This document shows positions 40,208-62,654 of a stretch of DNA of 64,000 nucleotides, in pieces. This stretch comes from Chrysomallon squamiferum (taxonomy: Eukaryota > Animalia > Mollusca). The translations under genes were made by a program, and so were the position numbers. The stretch lies in NCBI GenBank assembly GCA_012295275.1, contig CM022679.1, forward strand, positions 29,388,001-29,452,000. The letters are read 5' to 3'. How positions within the stretch are numbered: position 1 is the stretch's first letter; every line of letters starts with the position of its first letter. Below the pieces are notes generated by a model. That model was not told the origin of the DNA, searched no databases, and worked only from the letters and a program-made list of their open reading frames with translations.

Positions 40208-40644
40208 TTTACTTTCTGAAATCGGCTAGGTGTTTAGTGTAGTAAAATGTATGAAGAAGTAAAATAAAGTACGCACATTGTTGTGATTAATCAGCTAAAA
40301 TTTGTTCTGTCGGCACTGAGCCGTGTTAAAAGGAATAGTAACAGTTTTCAGTGGAAGACCGCGTTTTGTTTTGATTGAACAGAAACAGGAAGCAGGCTGC
40401 ACTGACGTCACACGAATTACAGCAGTTTGCATCGTTCAGATACCGTGAAGTGAATAAAACCTGCTACTAAATACTAAATGAACGCTGATTTATCATAATG
40501 AACGAAATATTTTAATTACGAAAATCTATTTCTCTCGATTCAGTTAGCACCATGTAAATTTAGGAAAATGTCGATCGATAAACTCAACCGGAATTTTTAA
40601 CAATAACAAAGTACAATGAACTTTAAATTAGTTAATCATTTATT

Positions 40645-41320
40645 GTACGTAAATAGCACCACTCCCAGACCAAATATCATACAAGTTCAAACTTCTGTTT
40701 GCCAACTTCAAAATATATACCTAACCATCTATCTGCCTATGCATATGCATACATGCATAGCTACACATGAATATTATAATGTTGACAGTTACATGTATAA
40801 TTTAATGTTCACAGTTGAGTGTATATTTCATCGTTGACACGTTTATATATTAATGCTGATGGTTACATGTATATTTTACTGTTGACAGTTACGTGAATAT
40901 TTTAATGTTGACAGTTATGTGTATATTTTAATGTCGACAGTTACATGTATATTCTAATGTTGACAGATACATGTATATTCTAATGTTGACGGTTATATGT
41001 ATATTTTACTGTTGACGGTTACGTATGTATTTCAATGTTGACAGATACGTGTATATTTTAATGTTGACAGTTACATGTATATTCTAATGTTGACAGATAC
41101 ATGTATATTTTAATGTTGACAGTTATATGTATATTTTAATGTCGACAGTTTCATGTATATTCTAATGTTGACAGATACATGTATATTTTAATGTTGACAG
41201 TTATATGTATATTTTACTGTTGACGGTTACGTGTGTATTTCAACGTTGACAGATACGTGTATATTTTAATGTGATGTTTACATTACAGATATGTCGACTG
41301 TAAGACCACCTCTCTGTCTT
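40645..41320 (+). pseudogene. Copy I relic: degenerate promoter, minisatellite (~20 units, 40775-41270) and first codons of exon 2
   Basis: gtaaatagcacc..cagacc..atcatacaagttcaaact leader with the donor deleted; ttacag|atATG TCG ACT GTA AGA at 41291, then homology ends. Confidence 0.75.
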
Positions 41321-42511
41321 TATTTGTTATTAGAAATATATACTCGTATTTTTAAAGATTTATATGACGTTGTGTCTTGATTATAAGTCAACATTATTAA
41401 TTATCAGTTTTCGACATTTTTTTGTTAAGTTTTAAAAGCTTTCTTTCATTTTTATTTTAAATAGTTTTTTAAAAATAAAATAGTTTTTCACTTGTTTTTC
41501 ACTTGGGGCTATGCGAGGTCAAGTTTATATTCCGTCACTGATCAGTTGAGTGAAAAGCAACACAGGCGAAACAACCTGCTACTTTAGTGGCTTTCTTGTG
41601 CGCATGCGCGAAGCGGCCATTTCAAACACTCGATGTTCGAGTTTACCATCTTGTTGATTTTCGAAATATTACCGTCGTAGTTGTCAAAAATGGCTGGTTC
41701 CGTGGATGATACAAATGAATGGGAACTAAGTAAAGAAAATATTCAACCTCTCAGACAAGGTCGAAAGTTTTCTTTACTGACAGCTGCTTTGCAACCTCAC
41801 TCCGACGATCAACAAAAAATTAAAGAACAGAAAGAATAAGTCTGATGAAATGAAACTCAAGGTTTTAACTTAAAATTTAAGAAGATCTGTAGACGTTATT
41901 CATAATACTATGTTTTATAATCAACCTGCGGTAATAAAATTTCGCTTTTTTATATTATGTATGTTGATTAATGTAAATGTATTTGTGAAATAAGGTGTTG
42001 TTTTCAATGAAGATAATGAAAAACTAAGAAAGATTAATTTATTACTATTCAGTCGACTCTATTGTTCTTTAATTTCACTCGTTAGCTTTACATACACGTT
42101 TCTGAAGGAAAAACAAACAAAAAACTCCAGAATTTTATTAAATATGTTTAATTTGATATTGTGCTTATAATAATCAAAATAAAGTGGCTAATCCTCTCAG
42201 TCAGTGTCTAAAATAAATTGTTTTATGAGTAAACAAAAGTTTTACCTTTATTTTGGGTTTGCTTTGTTATCAGAGTCTGCCAGTGGAATGTAGAAAGTAT
42301 GAGCAAAGCCATTCATAACAAAATATTTTTAATATTACAATTAAATTTTTTTTTTTTTTTTTTTAATTTGATATTTATACATATACACAAACACACACAT
42401 AAATATATATATACATACACATATCCACACATATATACATGATTATTTAATAATTTATATTTTTTTTAATTTTTAGATTCTTTGAAAGTGAACTGAGTTA
42501 ATCATTCATTG

Positions 42512-43125
42512 TACATAAACAGCACCACATTCAGACCAAAACTCATACTAGTTCAAACTGGCTCTTTGGACTGTAGAATAGAGAAAACTTTGAAGGTATG
42601 TATTAATTTGTCAACTTCTAAATGGACACCAGACTATCTAGCTATCTACATACTGCACATAAATATTTTAATGTTGACAGTTACATATATATTTTAATGT
42701 TGACAGTTACATATATATTTTAACATTGACAGTTACATGTATATTTTAGTGTTGACAGTTACATATATATTTTAATGTTGACAGTTACATGTATATTTTA
42801 GTGTTGACAGTTACATATATATTTTAATGTTGACAGTTACATGTATATTTTAATGTTGATAGTTACAGGTATATTTTAATTTTGACAGTTATGTGTATGT
42901 TTTAGACAGAGAATATTCAAAATCCTAAAATACATACATACATACACATGCACACATTATGTACAAACATACATATTTCTCTCTATATATATGTGAGTTG
43001 GTGTGTGTATTCCTGCATAAGTATTTTATCTGTTATATACATGATGAATCTAAGTAAATGAATCTAATAGCAGTATTAGTACTGTCTTTGCTATTCGCTG
43101 TTACAAAACTCTCCCTGCTGTCTGT
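42512..43125 (+). pseudogene. Copy J relic: family promoter and exon 1, minisatellite (~9 units) and a D-type signal peptide MNLIAVLVLSLLFAVTKLSL running into a (CT)n tract
   Basis: Leader ctctttggactgtagaatagagaaaactttgaag|gtatgt (donor 42596); ATG at 43058, LSLLFAV shared with copy D; no Cys exons found downstream. Confidence 0.65.
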
Positions 43126-43144
43126 TTTTTCTCTCTCTCTCTCT

Positions 43145-43285
<141 letters not shown>

Positions 43286-43448
43286 CCCCCTCCCCTCCCT
43301 CCCATAATTGTCTTCCTGGGAACTAATTTATCACTGGGTGTACATCTATAAAACTTTTTCTACCACAAATTTGTTTTTAGAACTATTGTCACTTGAAAAT
43401 ATTACTATAAATGTTATGCTGATGATGATAATGATGATGATGATGATG

Positions 43449-43494
<46 letters not shown>

Positions 43495-43852
43495 TGATGA
43501 TGAAGGTAATACAAATTATGATAATAATAAAACATTGTAGAAATCTGAACAGCCAGTTAATTAAACAACTACATTGTTTATTAAACTTTGGTCATTTTTG
43601 AATACTTTCTAATTACAATGAAATTCACACTCCAATTAAGTCTATGTTATATATATACATCTGTGTAACACTTACTTTTCCAGAGACAAACGTAGGTGAA
43701 CTTCACTGCCTCAACACAGTTAATTATATTTTTAATCAGTTTTTTTTTTTTTCTTCTAATTTTGTTTTTTTATGGAAAATAGGAATTTGAGAAAAGAAAG
43801 ACAAATAAAACATCAACAACAAACAAACACTAGCAATGTAGAGATTCAGTTC

Positions 43853-43858
43853 TTTATT
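43853..43858 (-). terminator. Candidate polyadenylation signal (possibly of BicC)
   Basis: Minus-strand AATAAA followed ~25 nt later by a GU/U-rich stretch (gtgtttgtttgttgttgatgtttt). AATAAA is common in this DNA, so support is weak. Confidence 0.3.
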
Positions 43859-45722
43859 GTTCTCATTTAGTTCACACTATTTTATTTTTGAGCAAAAGAG
43901 CAATAGATGAATACAGGCTGTAACAAAAATAATAATAATTGTAATAATGTAATAATAAATGTAATAATATAACTGTAAAAATATAATAATAAATGTAATA
44001 ATATAACTGTAAAAATATAATAATAAATGTAATAATAATAATAATAATAATAATAATAGTAAAAAGCACATGACTAAAAATCATTACCCGACTGTTTTTA
44101 ATTAAAACCTTTAATTAAATATTTAGATGTGATGGGCATGCAATTAATAAATACTAATTTTTATTTTTATTACTATTATTATTATTATTATTTTAACAGA
44201 TCTAATTGTATTTCTGTTCATTAATAATATTACTAAAAGTTTTGATAATAGTTAAAAATTGTAATAACTTGTGTTATGTTCTTCTACAAAGACTGAGTAT
44301 CTAACACCAGACATCATTTCATTTTATAAATATTTCTCATCATATCTTTCTCTAGCTTTACTTCATTTACTAAACCTTTCAGTTTTACATGAAATTATTA
44401 TTATTATTATTATCATCATTACTGATATTACTGTTATTGTTGCTGTTGCTATTCTTATTCTTATTACAATTGTAGTTATTTATGGTTTTGTTGTTATTAT
44501 TACTATTATTATTATTATTATTATTATTACTATTACTATTATTACTATTATTATTATTATTATTACTATTATTATTATTACTATTACTATTATTATTTTT
44601 ATTTTTATTATTATTATTATTATTACAGCCTGTGAACATTTTTAAAATTATATTTTACCCCTTTCAATGACAATTTTTTCTTTTCTCCACAGTATAATTA
44701 AAATAAAAACAAACAGCATTATTCAGCTAGACATGATCCTATCAGCCAGTGATGTGTAACATTTACTAAATATAGTGCAGCTATTTCGATGAACCCAGTA
44801 AATATATTCAGGGCAAAGCTTCGAAAAGGGAGAAGGAATTTGCAGATCCATATTGATCACTGATGGTTTAATTTAAAAAAAAAAAATAATAATAATAATA
44901 AAAATAAAAATAAATAAACAAAACTTAAAGATAAAAAAAAGAAGAAAAAAAATGTGTTATACATTCGACCCAAGGGGAAAAAAGAAAATAATAATAATTA
45001 TATTTTGGATACATATAAAAACTATTAAAATATATTGAGAATTTTTGTATTATTATTTATTTATTTTTTTTTAAAGAGAAAAGAAACCTATTTACCTATA
45101 AAGCATCTTTCTTTTTGGAGTTTTTTTCATTAAAAAACTAAAATTCAAAAAATCTAACTTACATCTCCTGACTAACACAAAGCAGTAAACAAGTTCCATT
45201 ACTCTAGCAACCCAAATACTACTTTCCACACAGTTCTCTCCCCTTTATTACCAAAACGCTTATAACATTTTTATAACTTATTTAAAGTCCATTCTATAGG
45301 TCAATGATCTCTCTATAAAAGCCAGTATGGTGTAAGAATAAAATATATTCCAAGTAAACCAGACACTGTTCTATTAACATGTATAAAAAACCCAAATATT
45401 TTTAATATCTGCATATTAAAACAAGTATAAAATATAATGATTATATTCTGACTATGTAACAGCTACAGATTAAACAATTTTTTATTTTTTTTTATTGGAT
45501 GTAATTTATGAGCAGGGTTTCCAGTGTCTTTCCTGTTCAAGATTTTAAAAACAATTATAGGTAAGTTTTGTGATTCTTCATATCAAAAGTAATTTCTGTA
45601 TTTATTATATTATTATTCATTAATTAACTAACTATGTTCACTAATAAAAAATTATTACTGGTAAACTTTCATTGATTAGAAACCTGTAACATAATCCTTG
45701 TAAAACATCCTGTATCCTCCCT

Positions 45723-45759
<37 letters not shown>

Positions 45760-45952
45760 AAAAGAGAAAAAGCAGAAGATATGGATTTAACTGGATCGGG
45801 GTCATGGCTAGGTAATAACGGTGCACATAAAGATTCTTGCTGTCAGTCAGACAGCAAAGTCCACAAAGTGATTCAGTGAGTTCCTTTCTCTCATCATTTT
45901 ATTATCTATTTATTAATTTATTCATATTTTTACTATTATTATTATTATAAAA

Positions 45953-45996
<44 letters not shown>

Positions 45997-46199
45997 TTTT
46001 AATAATAAATTAATAAATAAATAATAAAAATTTTCCATCAAACAAATATCCTTTATTACAGGTCCAATAATTAATTAATAAAAGTAAAATTCCTGTAACA
46101 TTTAAAAAGTACATTACATGTCTCTTGTACCTGAAGCTAAAAATATATCACCGATTGTTGGACGGAAAGAAAAATAAAAAAAAGAATAATAATAAAATC

Positions 46200-46360
46200 A
46201 CTGACAGCACTGTCAACAAACAATCAGTGTCACAACGTCTGTCACAGTGTCACTGTCACAACGTCTGTGTCACAACGTCTGTGACACTGTCACTGTCACT
46301 GTCACAACATCTGTGACATTGTCACTGTCACAACGTCTGTGACATTGTCACTGTCAGTGC
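46200..46360. repeat. TGTCAC/GTGACA-rich micro-repeat with internal inverted symmetry
   Basis: Repeated gtcactgtcacaacgtctgtgaca motifs. Confidence 0.75.
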
Positions 46361-48424
46361 TTGATTATAGATTCCTGTTGATTATTGTGTAAATTTTAAA
46401 AATATTTTACAATTAACTGTATATTTACATTGTGTGTACATTTTATCATTTCAGTATTATTATTATAATTATAAGTACTAGGCAATACCTCCAAGCCCTA
46501 ACTATTCATACATCCTTGGGATTTTTTTTCCCAATCCAACCTGGACAAAAATGACTGATGTATCAAACATTGTTTCCACAATATGGTAAAGTACAGATTA
46601 AAATGGTTATTAATGTGATTTATGTAACGTAAGCATTAAGTTTTATCTTTCATAAGTTTGAAACAGATACCAAAATACATGGAGCAGTCAGAAATTTAAA
46701 TCATTCTGGCAGTACTGAAATTCACTGCAAAAAAATTACATTTGTTCAGAAAGAAATAAAAATACCTTGGATCTTTATCATAGTATTGTACAATACCGTA
46801 TCAAAATACTGTACAATAAGTGATATACTTATGTAGCCAGTGCTTATCAAAATATTGTACAATAACTGATATAATTATGTAGTTGAAACATTAGATAAAA
46901 AATCATTACTCACAAGATGGTGTTTAATAAACTACACTGTAACATGAAATTAACAGAGAAAGAAGAAGAAAAAAAAAATACTGAGAGGGAATATGAATAA
47001 AAATCTATACATAACAACAACAGTAATATTAATGTATGAGTCAATAACTGCATGCAACAAATGGTAATAATTCGGTAATCGTCATAGTTTACAAATATTT
47101 CCACAGGCAGCTTAACAATAGTTTTAAAACAGTGACAACATCATACACACAACACGTCATTTTCCTTTGGCTGCTTTAGGCTTCATGTTTACTGGCTGAC
47201 ATAGACAATAATCCATAGGATTTAGCAGTAGCTGTAGTAGTAGTAGTAGTAGTAGTAATGTTAATAATAATAATAATAATAATAATCATAACTGTAATAT
47301 GGGACTGTGGTTGCATATGATTATAGTTACCATCATTATCATTATTATTACGTTGTTTTTCTTTTTTTATTACTAATAAAAATAACAAAAGAAGATCCCC
47401 AAATAAAACAAAAAATCCTAATTAGCAAATTACAGAAATGAAATAAAATTAAAATAAAATTATTAAACTTTCTAGCTCAAGCAATCTTTTTCTTATGTTA
47501 ACCTATACCAAAGCATTACAATAATTAGTCTCAGATTTAATAAAATAAACAACTTAACATTTCACGTTATGGTGCTGTTTTAACATTTGGCTGTAACATA
47601 GCTTGTATATTTCAAATACTGAAATTAAAACCATTAAATATCAAACTATATAAATATAGAATCTAACATTAAATCTGAGAAAATAATATAAGCATTCCGT
47701 TACATTATAGAATCTTATTTCAGTTTATAATAAGCCACGAAATTTGTAACTAAAGCAAATGAAAAAGCCACAAATTAAAGAATTTGAAAGAAAAAAGTTT
47801 TAAAAATTAATGAAAATTTATAATATTGCATCAGCTAGTTTGTTAAAGAGGAACTGTCTATGATTGCACTAAATATGATTATAACTAAACTAATCATTAT
47901 TTGAAATGAAAACAGAGACTTTGAACAGAACACAGCTATTACAAACCCTCCAGGACTGACAGACATAAATGTTCTAACAGCACAACCAGACAGATGTATG
48001 TACAGACACATTTATTTTTTAAAATTATAAAGCCACTGTAACTGGACGTACAGACATACACACACATTAACTAAAATATACACTAGAATTTACATACAAA
48101 GCCACTATGATATCTATAATGTTGTCATTCCGACTAGACAAGTATGTCTGTACCTAACATGAAGATACAAAATAAAAAATATTTATAAACCTGTATGATG
48201 CCCATAAACGAAATGTTTTGGCAAATAAGATTTTAGTACTGTACCTGACTGGATGAATTGGTGATAAACCCAATCGAAGACCCAACCCTAGGCTATCCAG
48301 CATATTTTGAATATTAATTTTTCTTGATATTTTTAAATATTCGCTTCTTTAACATACAGAATATAATGACCTGTTAAATTCTGTAATTTTCTGTAATTAT
48401 AACACCCAGAAGTAATGGCCTGTC

Positions 48425-48637
48425 CTGTTATTTGAGGACCCAATAACAATGATATACCCTGTTATATGAGGACCCAATAACAATGATATATCCTGTTATA
48501 TGAGGACCCAATAACAATGATATACCCTGTTATATGAGGACCCAATAGCAATAATATATCCTGTTATATGAGGGACCAATAACAATGATATATCCTGTTA
48601 TATGAGGACCCAATAACAATGATATACCCTGTTATAT
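48425..48637. repeat. 34-bp minisatellite x~6
   Basis: cctgttatatgaggacccaataacaatgatata(c/t) units. Confidence 0.9.
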
Positions 48638-49423
48638 AAGTAGTTTGTATAATACAACCTAGAGTTAAAAGAAAGACGCACATACGGGTAAAAAAGAGTG
48701 TACCCAGGTGTGTGTAGATATATAAAACTGTTTATGGGTGTGTATAGATATACAACTGTTTATGGGTGTGTATCTGCCAGCAAACAAGAAGCCTCTCTGT
48801 ACAGCCAGTGTGAAGAGACTGTTACACAATGTCAGAGCAAATCTTTTAACAGCCAGCCAGACTCCTCCCATCACCAACACCCTGTCCCTCCCTGTCCCCT
48901 CACCCCCAACACACTTGTCGTGAGTCTGTGTGACACAGCAGTCACAACACAATGAGCTGAACACATTAAAAAATGTACTGTAGTTTTAAAATACAGAGTT
49001 GGAATGTTTGTGTGTGTTATTATGTGTATATCTGTGTGTCTTGTGTCTGTGTTGGTTGGTATGTAGGTGAGTATATGTATACATATATCTTTGTATGTGT
49101 GTATGTCCATACATATGTGTAAGTGCACATATTGTTGTGTGTACTTGTTTCAGTGTGTCTCTGTATGTCTGAATATCCATATAATCATGTGCCAGGTAAA
49201 ACACACATGAACTGATTCAGCCACCAAGAGTTTTGAAACATTTTGGTTACCAAGGCAACGGGGAGATGCGGTGTTGGTGATGATCATGTATCCTTTGATC
49301 TGTGGACCACCTGATACTCTCAGTTAATTAGCAATTAACAATAATTAACAATAACAATCAGTAAAAACACAGCTGCAAACCCTACCCCAACTCACAATAA
49401 CATTTTAAAAAAAAAAAAACCAT

Positions 49424-49472
<49 letters not shown>

Positions 49473-50675
49473 AGAGACATTTAAAGAAAGCACATGAATA
49501 TTCACAAGGATACACAAAAAGTATAGTAAACAATAGAGATTAAAAAATTTAAAAAGATGTACATGAATATTCATATAATAATAATAATATAAAATACATG
49601 AATATTCTTAAGGATATTATATAATATAATAATCAACAGAGACATGTAAAAGAAAATACATGAATATTCATAAGGATATATAATATACAGTAACCAATAG
49701 AAACATGGGGGGAAAAAAAAAATGAATATTCATAATGCATATCAAATCATTATAAAATTCAGAAACTAAATTATTAATCAACTTGAAATAATCATTTTAG
49801 ATATATATATATATATATATATATATTTTTAACAACAATATGAAAGTATTTCCAAGACATGAAATAAAAATAAATAAACATGATAATGAGATAGTGTTTA
49901 AAAAAACCCACAGTAAAAGCAGTTTGCATAGAAAAAATCAGCAGTTATTTTATATTAAGTATTTGGACATTAAGTATTAATATAAATATTACTAAATACA
50001 AATATTACTAAGGTATTTTGTTGTTGTTGTTGTTATTACTATTATTATTATTACTAAAGTTTCATAAACAGTTTCTTGAATGTCATGTTTTTATTAAAAT
50101 CTTTGAAACAATAATAATAATAATAATTTATTTTTCTAATAGTTATGGTTTTCTTTTTAAAATGTGTACTTTATAAGAATTCAGGGATTTTTTGGGAGAG
50201 TTTTCTTAAAATATTTTGAAATACATAAACAATTGTTAACAATTGACTGTTCAAGATCATGTGACTTACACAAATACAGACTAGGCCTATATTCTAGATC
50301 AACAAGCTAAAAGAATTTTACTTATGAATTTCAATTTACATATAACTTTCTTTTAATTCATAAAATTACTTAAACATTTCATAACTTCATAAAATCTTAA
50401 AGTCACCATAATTATTAATACACATTAACTTTACAAAAATAATAAATGAATGGAAAAATGTATTACTTATATACATACACAATATTTCTACCCATCTCTA
50501 CAAAATAAACAAAGAAAAAAAAAAAAAAAATAAAAAAAAAAAAATTATGCAAGAAAAAGGACGGAGTTTCAGCTATGAACTCAACAAAACTAAAAATATT
50601 CTTTCTTGAACAAAGTCACAAACTGTTTAACTTTGTAACAACATTGCAAAAATGTATTATTATGTCATAATTGTA

Positions 50676-50886
50676 TATCATTGTAAAACAAAATAATACA
50701 TTGTAATACTTAACAAAAAAATACATTCTTAGAAAAATGTCATGAAATAATTTTAAAAAAGGGATTATTTTAAATTAAATATCATTGTAAAACAAAATAA
50801 TACATTGTAATACTTGACAAAAAAATACATTCTTAGAAAAATGTCATGAAATAATTTAAAAAAAAAGGGATTATTTTAAATTAAAT
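50676..50886. repeat. ~104-bp direct duplication
   Basis: tatcattgtaaaacaaaataatacattgtaatactt...gggattattttaaattaaat occurs twice in tandem. Confidence 0.85.
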
Positions 50887-51652
50887 CAAGTTGATTTGTA
50901 AATTTATCACAAACTGTAATGGACGGAGAATATCATGATTAAATTTCCTTTCAGTGTAAATGGAAAGAAGAAAAAAAAGATTAGTTGATCACAATACCTC
51001 ATTTATCAAAAATCTCAGATGACTATTAAAAGTGGTGAGCCTAGAAAAAGTCAAAAGAAAATATTTGAAAGAAAAAAAAAATGTATCAAGTCATGGTAAG
51101 TAATAAAATGAAAAAAAATGTGTTATCATTAACTCTAATTTTAACTTATTTATTTTATTTTATTATATTTGTGATTTTATTTGGCATTTTATTTACTTAT
51201 TTATGGAAAATATCTAATTATTAATATCTAAGGAAAATATATTTTAAAAATAATTAAGTTCATGATATTTTTTTAAATACTATTTCATAAACATTTTAAA
51301 GTAATTATTTCAATAAAGTTTATATACATATATACTTACACCTAATAAATAAATAATAAAAATCCATCGTAATCATTTATGACTTAAATGAGGAATTTAA
51401 CCTTTATGCATATGACATTTTTCTTTTTTCCTATTGTTAATATAGTTTTTAAAAAAAAGACTATCACCGAGATTATGGAAATTTTCACAAAATATAAAAC
51501 AAAAGACTAGACAATCACAAAGCGGTCCACATATTTTGATAGCTCCAAGATTTTTTTATCAAATTAAAAATAAAAAATTTAATTTATTCAAATATTCATG
51601 AAGAGAATTACACTAACTGTAACCAGTTATTTCATAAAATATAGTATTCAGT

Positions 51653-51832
51653 TGTGGTTACAATTCATAGCAACAAAACAATGTCTGTAACAAGTTGTGA
51701 TAAGTCACAATTTACTATGGTTACCTTCTCAGATGTGTGGTTACAATTCATAGCAACAAAACAATGTCTGTAACAAGTTGTGATAAGTCACAATTTACTA
51801 TGGTTACTTTCTCAGATGTGTGGTTACAATTC
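51653..51832. repeat. ~83-bp direct duplication inside a GGTTAC/GTAACC-rich tract (51615-52155)
   Basis: tgtggttacaattcatagcaacaaaacaatgtctgtaacaagttgtgataagtcacaatttactatggttac..ctcagatg twice. Confidence 0.8.
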
Positions 51833-52519
51833 TCGGCTCAGGAAAACAAAACAAGCATAACCAGTGGTTACATCTCGTAACTTTAGCCAGTTTCTCAAAA
51901 TGTGGTTACACTTCACAGCTTTTAAAAATAATTGTGGTTACAAGTCATGACTGTAACCAGTTACCAATTTGCATAACCCACAATAATGAATTTGATAAAA
52001 ATGGTTACAGTGATGTTACCGGCTGATTAATTATCTTGTAAATTATCTTGTAATGATCACAACTGCTTGTAACCAGAAACAAATATTCTCATATCAAATA
52101 CATTTTGCAAAATTGGTTACTTTTCTGTTACCAAGTGGTTACACTCAGTAACCATCATTGCAGTTGACAGCTTTAATAACTGCTTTTGCAACTGAACAGA
52201 AATAATAAAATTTAAAAGAAAAAGAAAAAAGTAACAATTATCATCAAAATATTTGGTTTAAAACTGACATACAACACTGACATTATCAACAATGAAGAAT
52301 TAAATTTCAAAAAAAAAAAAAAAAAATCTTTCCAAATCTTCAGGTTTAAAATGGGACATCACTAACCAAGAAAATTTCAAAAATATATATATATATATGT
52401 TGTTTTTAAAAATCTGTTCAAAAAAAAAAAAAAAAAAAGTTCTGGTTTTTATAATGGACGTCGCTGACCGACCAGAGGTCAGTTTGAAATAACAAGATGG
52501 ATGTTCGGGTGGTCAGTTT

Positions 52520-59859
<7,340 letters not shown>

Positions 59860-60694
59860 CTGTATAAATAAATAAATAAATATTCAGAAAATAGTAATCT
59901 CAAATTAAAATAATGTAGAGACACAGAGAAAGACACACACATACATGTCTGCAGAGACACATATATAACCACACACACACACACACACATACTGTATTTA
60001 CACATAATAAAAAAAAAACATTTTGTAATTCAATTTTTAGTTTAATTTTCTTCTTCTGCTTCTTCTTCTTTCAAATTTAACCAAGCTGAACCTTTTTCAA
60101 AAATGAGCAACATTTCAAAAAAAAAAAAAAAAAAAAAAAAAATCAAAAATCCATCAACACCATTGCCAATAACAAAACTGATATCCTCTTCAACAGCAAG
60201 TGGCTTCCAAATCAGAGGCCATTAAAACGAAGAGATGTTTCTCATTGACAGCTACCGTAACAACGTGATTTACCGCGACAGCTGGCAGCAGCGTGCATCC
60301 AATACAATATTTATCACCTGCGCGTGACATACAGCAGATACCTGTACGCTGCACACTTATCAGCAGACGCAGAATGTTTCCCCTGCATGTTTGTACAAAC
60401 TCGCTGTCGTTAGCAGTGCTCCTATCAGCTGGGTTTCATTTTCTGACATGTTTAAAACATGACAGTTAATCTCCTTAGATTGCTTATTTTTGGGGAAAGG
60501 AGAGGGGGAACGGACGGATGGAGTGGGGGTGTTGGGGGGGTAAGGGAGCAAGGGGAGTGTGTAGGACAGGGGGGAGGATGGATATATATGGAGTGGAATG
60601 GGGAACGGGGAAAAATGAAGGAAAAATCTTTTTCTTAATAGAACGTGATAGTATTTAGTTTTGTATGGAATCATTTGTTACATACAAATGTCTT

Positions 60695-60747
<53 letters not shown>

Positions 60748-60838
60748 TTCACACTCATCACACATTGGTATATGTGTGCGTATGTGTATGCGTGTGTGTG
60801 AGTGTGTGTGTGCATATGTGTATGCGTGTGTGTGTGTG

Positions 60839-60882
<44 letters not shown>

Positions 60883-61431
60883 AATGAACCACCCAAGTAT
60901 TTAGAACATCATTTACATCACTGATTACATATCTTCTTCATTTCCACCATCTTTATTTCATACATACATTAATACTGTCAAAAATACATACAAAAAAAAA
61001 ATATTTAAAAAATATTAAAATAAAATAAAATAAATAACAATAATAATAATAAATAAATATATAAATGAAAAAAAAAAAAATTAAATAACAAAATACATAC
61101 ATAAATAAATAAATAAAATTTAAAAAAAAAGAAGAAGAAAAAAAACAACCAGGACTATCTCCATGGAGGAAAGAAGCAGGTTTTTAATCGTCTGTTACTG
61201 GAGAGGTTCCAGTCGTGTGTGTGTGTGTGCAAGGCAGAGTGATATTCCTTTATAAATCAGAGATCCTGTCACTGATCTGTCGGCGCTGAGAGCTGTAAAG
61301 ACAACAGCAACATCATGCTTGCCAACCTTACACACACTTTACATACTTAATTAAGATAATATTTTATACAGCGTTGTAAGTTTGAGAAAATGAACAATCT
61401 GTGTCTAGATAAAACCAACAGTCACAGGCGC

Positions 61432-61642
61432 GGCTCATGCAAGGCTGTAAGGATACTGCAGTTCTGTTCACGTAGGGCTGTAAGGATACTGCAGTTTTGT
61501 TCACGCAAGGCTGTAAGGATACTGCAGTTTTGTTCATGCAAGGCTGTAAAGGATATTGCAGCTTTGTTCGTGTAAGGATACTGCAGCTTTGTTCATGTAA
61601 GGCTGTAAGGATACTGCAGTTTTGTTCACGCAAGGCTGTAAG
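61432..61642. repeat. ~33-bp minisatellite x~6 in BicC intron
   Basis: aggctgtaaggatactgcagttttgttcacgca units. Confidence 0.9.
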
Positions 61643-62610
61643 AAAACAGTTCTTGTAATTGTAGAAAGGCTGCATAGGTGTTCACATAAGGCTATAAAAA
61701 GACACCCAAAATTTTCCTACTTGACTGTTTATAAAGGATTGTTAGGTTCAGTTAGACTGCAAAAGCAGAAGAGACATATGTTCATATTAGGCTGCAACTA
61801 CAAACTATGTTTACATATGGCTCTGTGAAGATGACCAATACTTTCATGACCAATACTTTTAAAAACATGGTATACATTCATGAGAACAAAAACTGATATT
61901 GTTAACAGTGAAAGCAGAAGACCAACATGTTCACATACAGCTGTAGACATGCACTGAGATCTGTTCAGCTAACTTTCAGTTGATGTGACTTTCTCATAAC
62001 AGTTTATGTTTTCATGTAAAGCTACAAGCTACAACAATGAGGTAACTGTGGTCATGAGACAGATACTGTCACACACCTCTCTGTCATTAAGCTGTAAGAT
62101 GAATGTAAATAAGCTCAGATCAGGCTGTACACAGACTGCAGAGGTTCATTCTTAATAACTGATTACTGTGTTATGCAAGCAGATGAGTAAATGATTCACT
62201 GAAATGTTACCTGGCAGTGAATGGTTTTGTGTCTTATGAACTTATCTGGACGTCAAAACGGTGCATCCTCTCTCTCTGTGTGTGTGTACAGTAACTTGCT
62301 GTGTGAGATGGTGTACTGCACTGGTGTCAGTAGCTGACTGCACCTAGCTGTCAGGATCAAATGGTGCAAAGCGTTGTGTTGCTGGACAGAGCAGTGAAAC
62401 AAAAACACACCCAGCCAGTGATATACGGCTAATATCTACCGGAGAGAAGGGAGGAGTTTCACAAACAGGTGCAGTGTTACGCTGAGGTTACTCGGTTCAC
62501 CGTGTGACTTGCAGAGTAAGTGAACGGTTACAGCAAAATGTACGTGAAGATTCACACAAAGACTTGCTTGCTGCATACTGGTACCTAGTGAAACCCGAGT
62601 GTACAAACTC

Positions 62611-62654
<44 letters not shown>

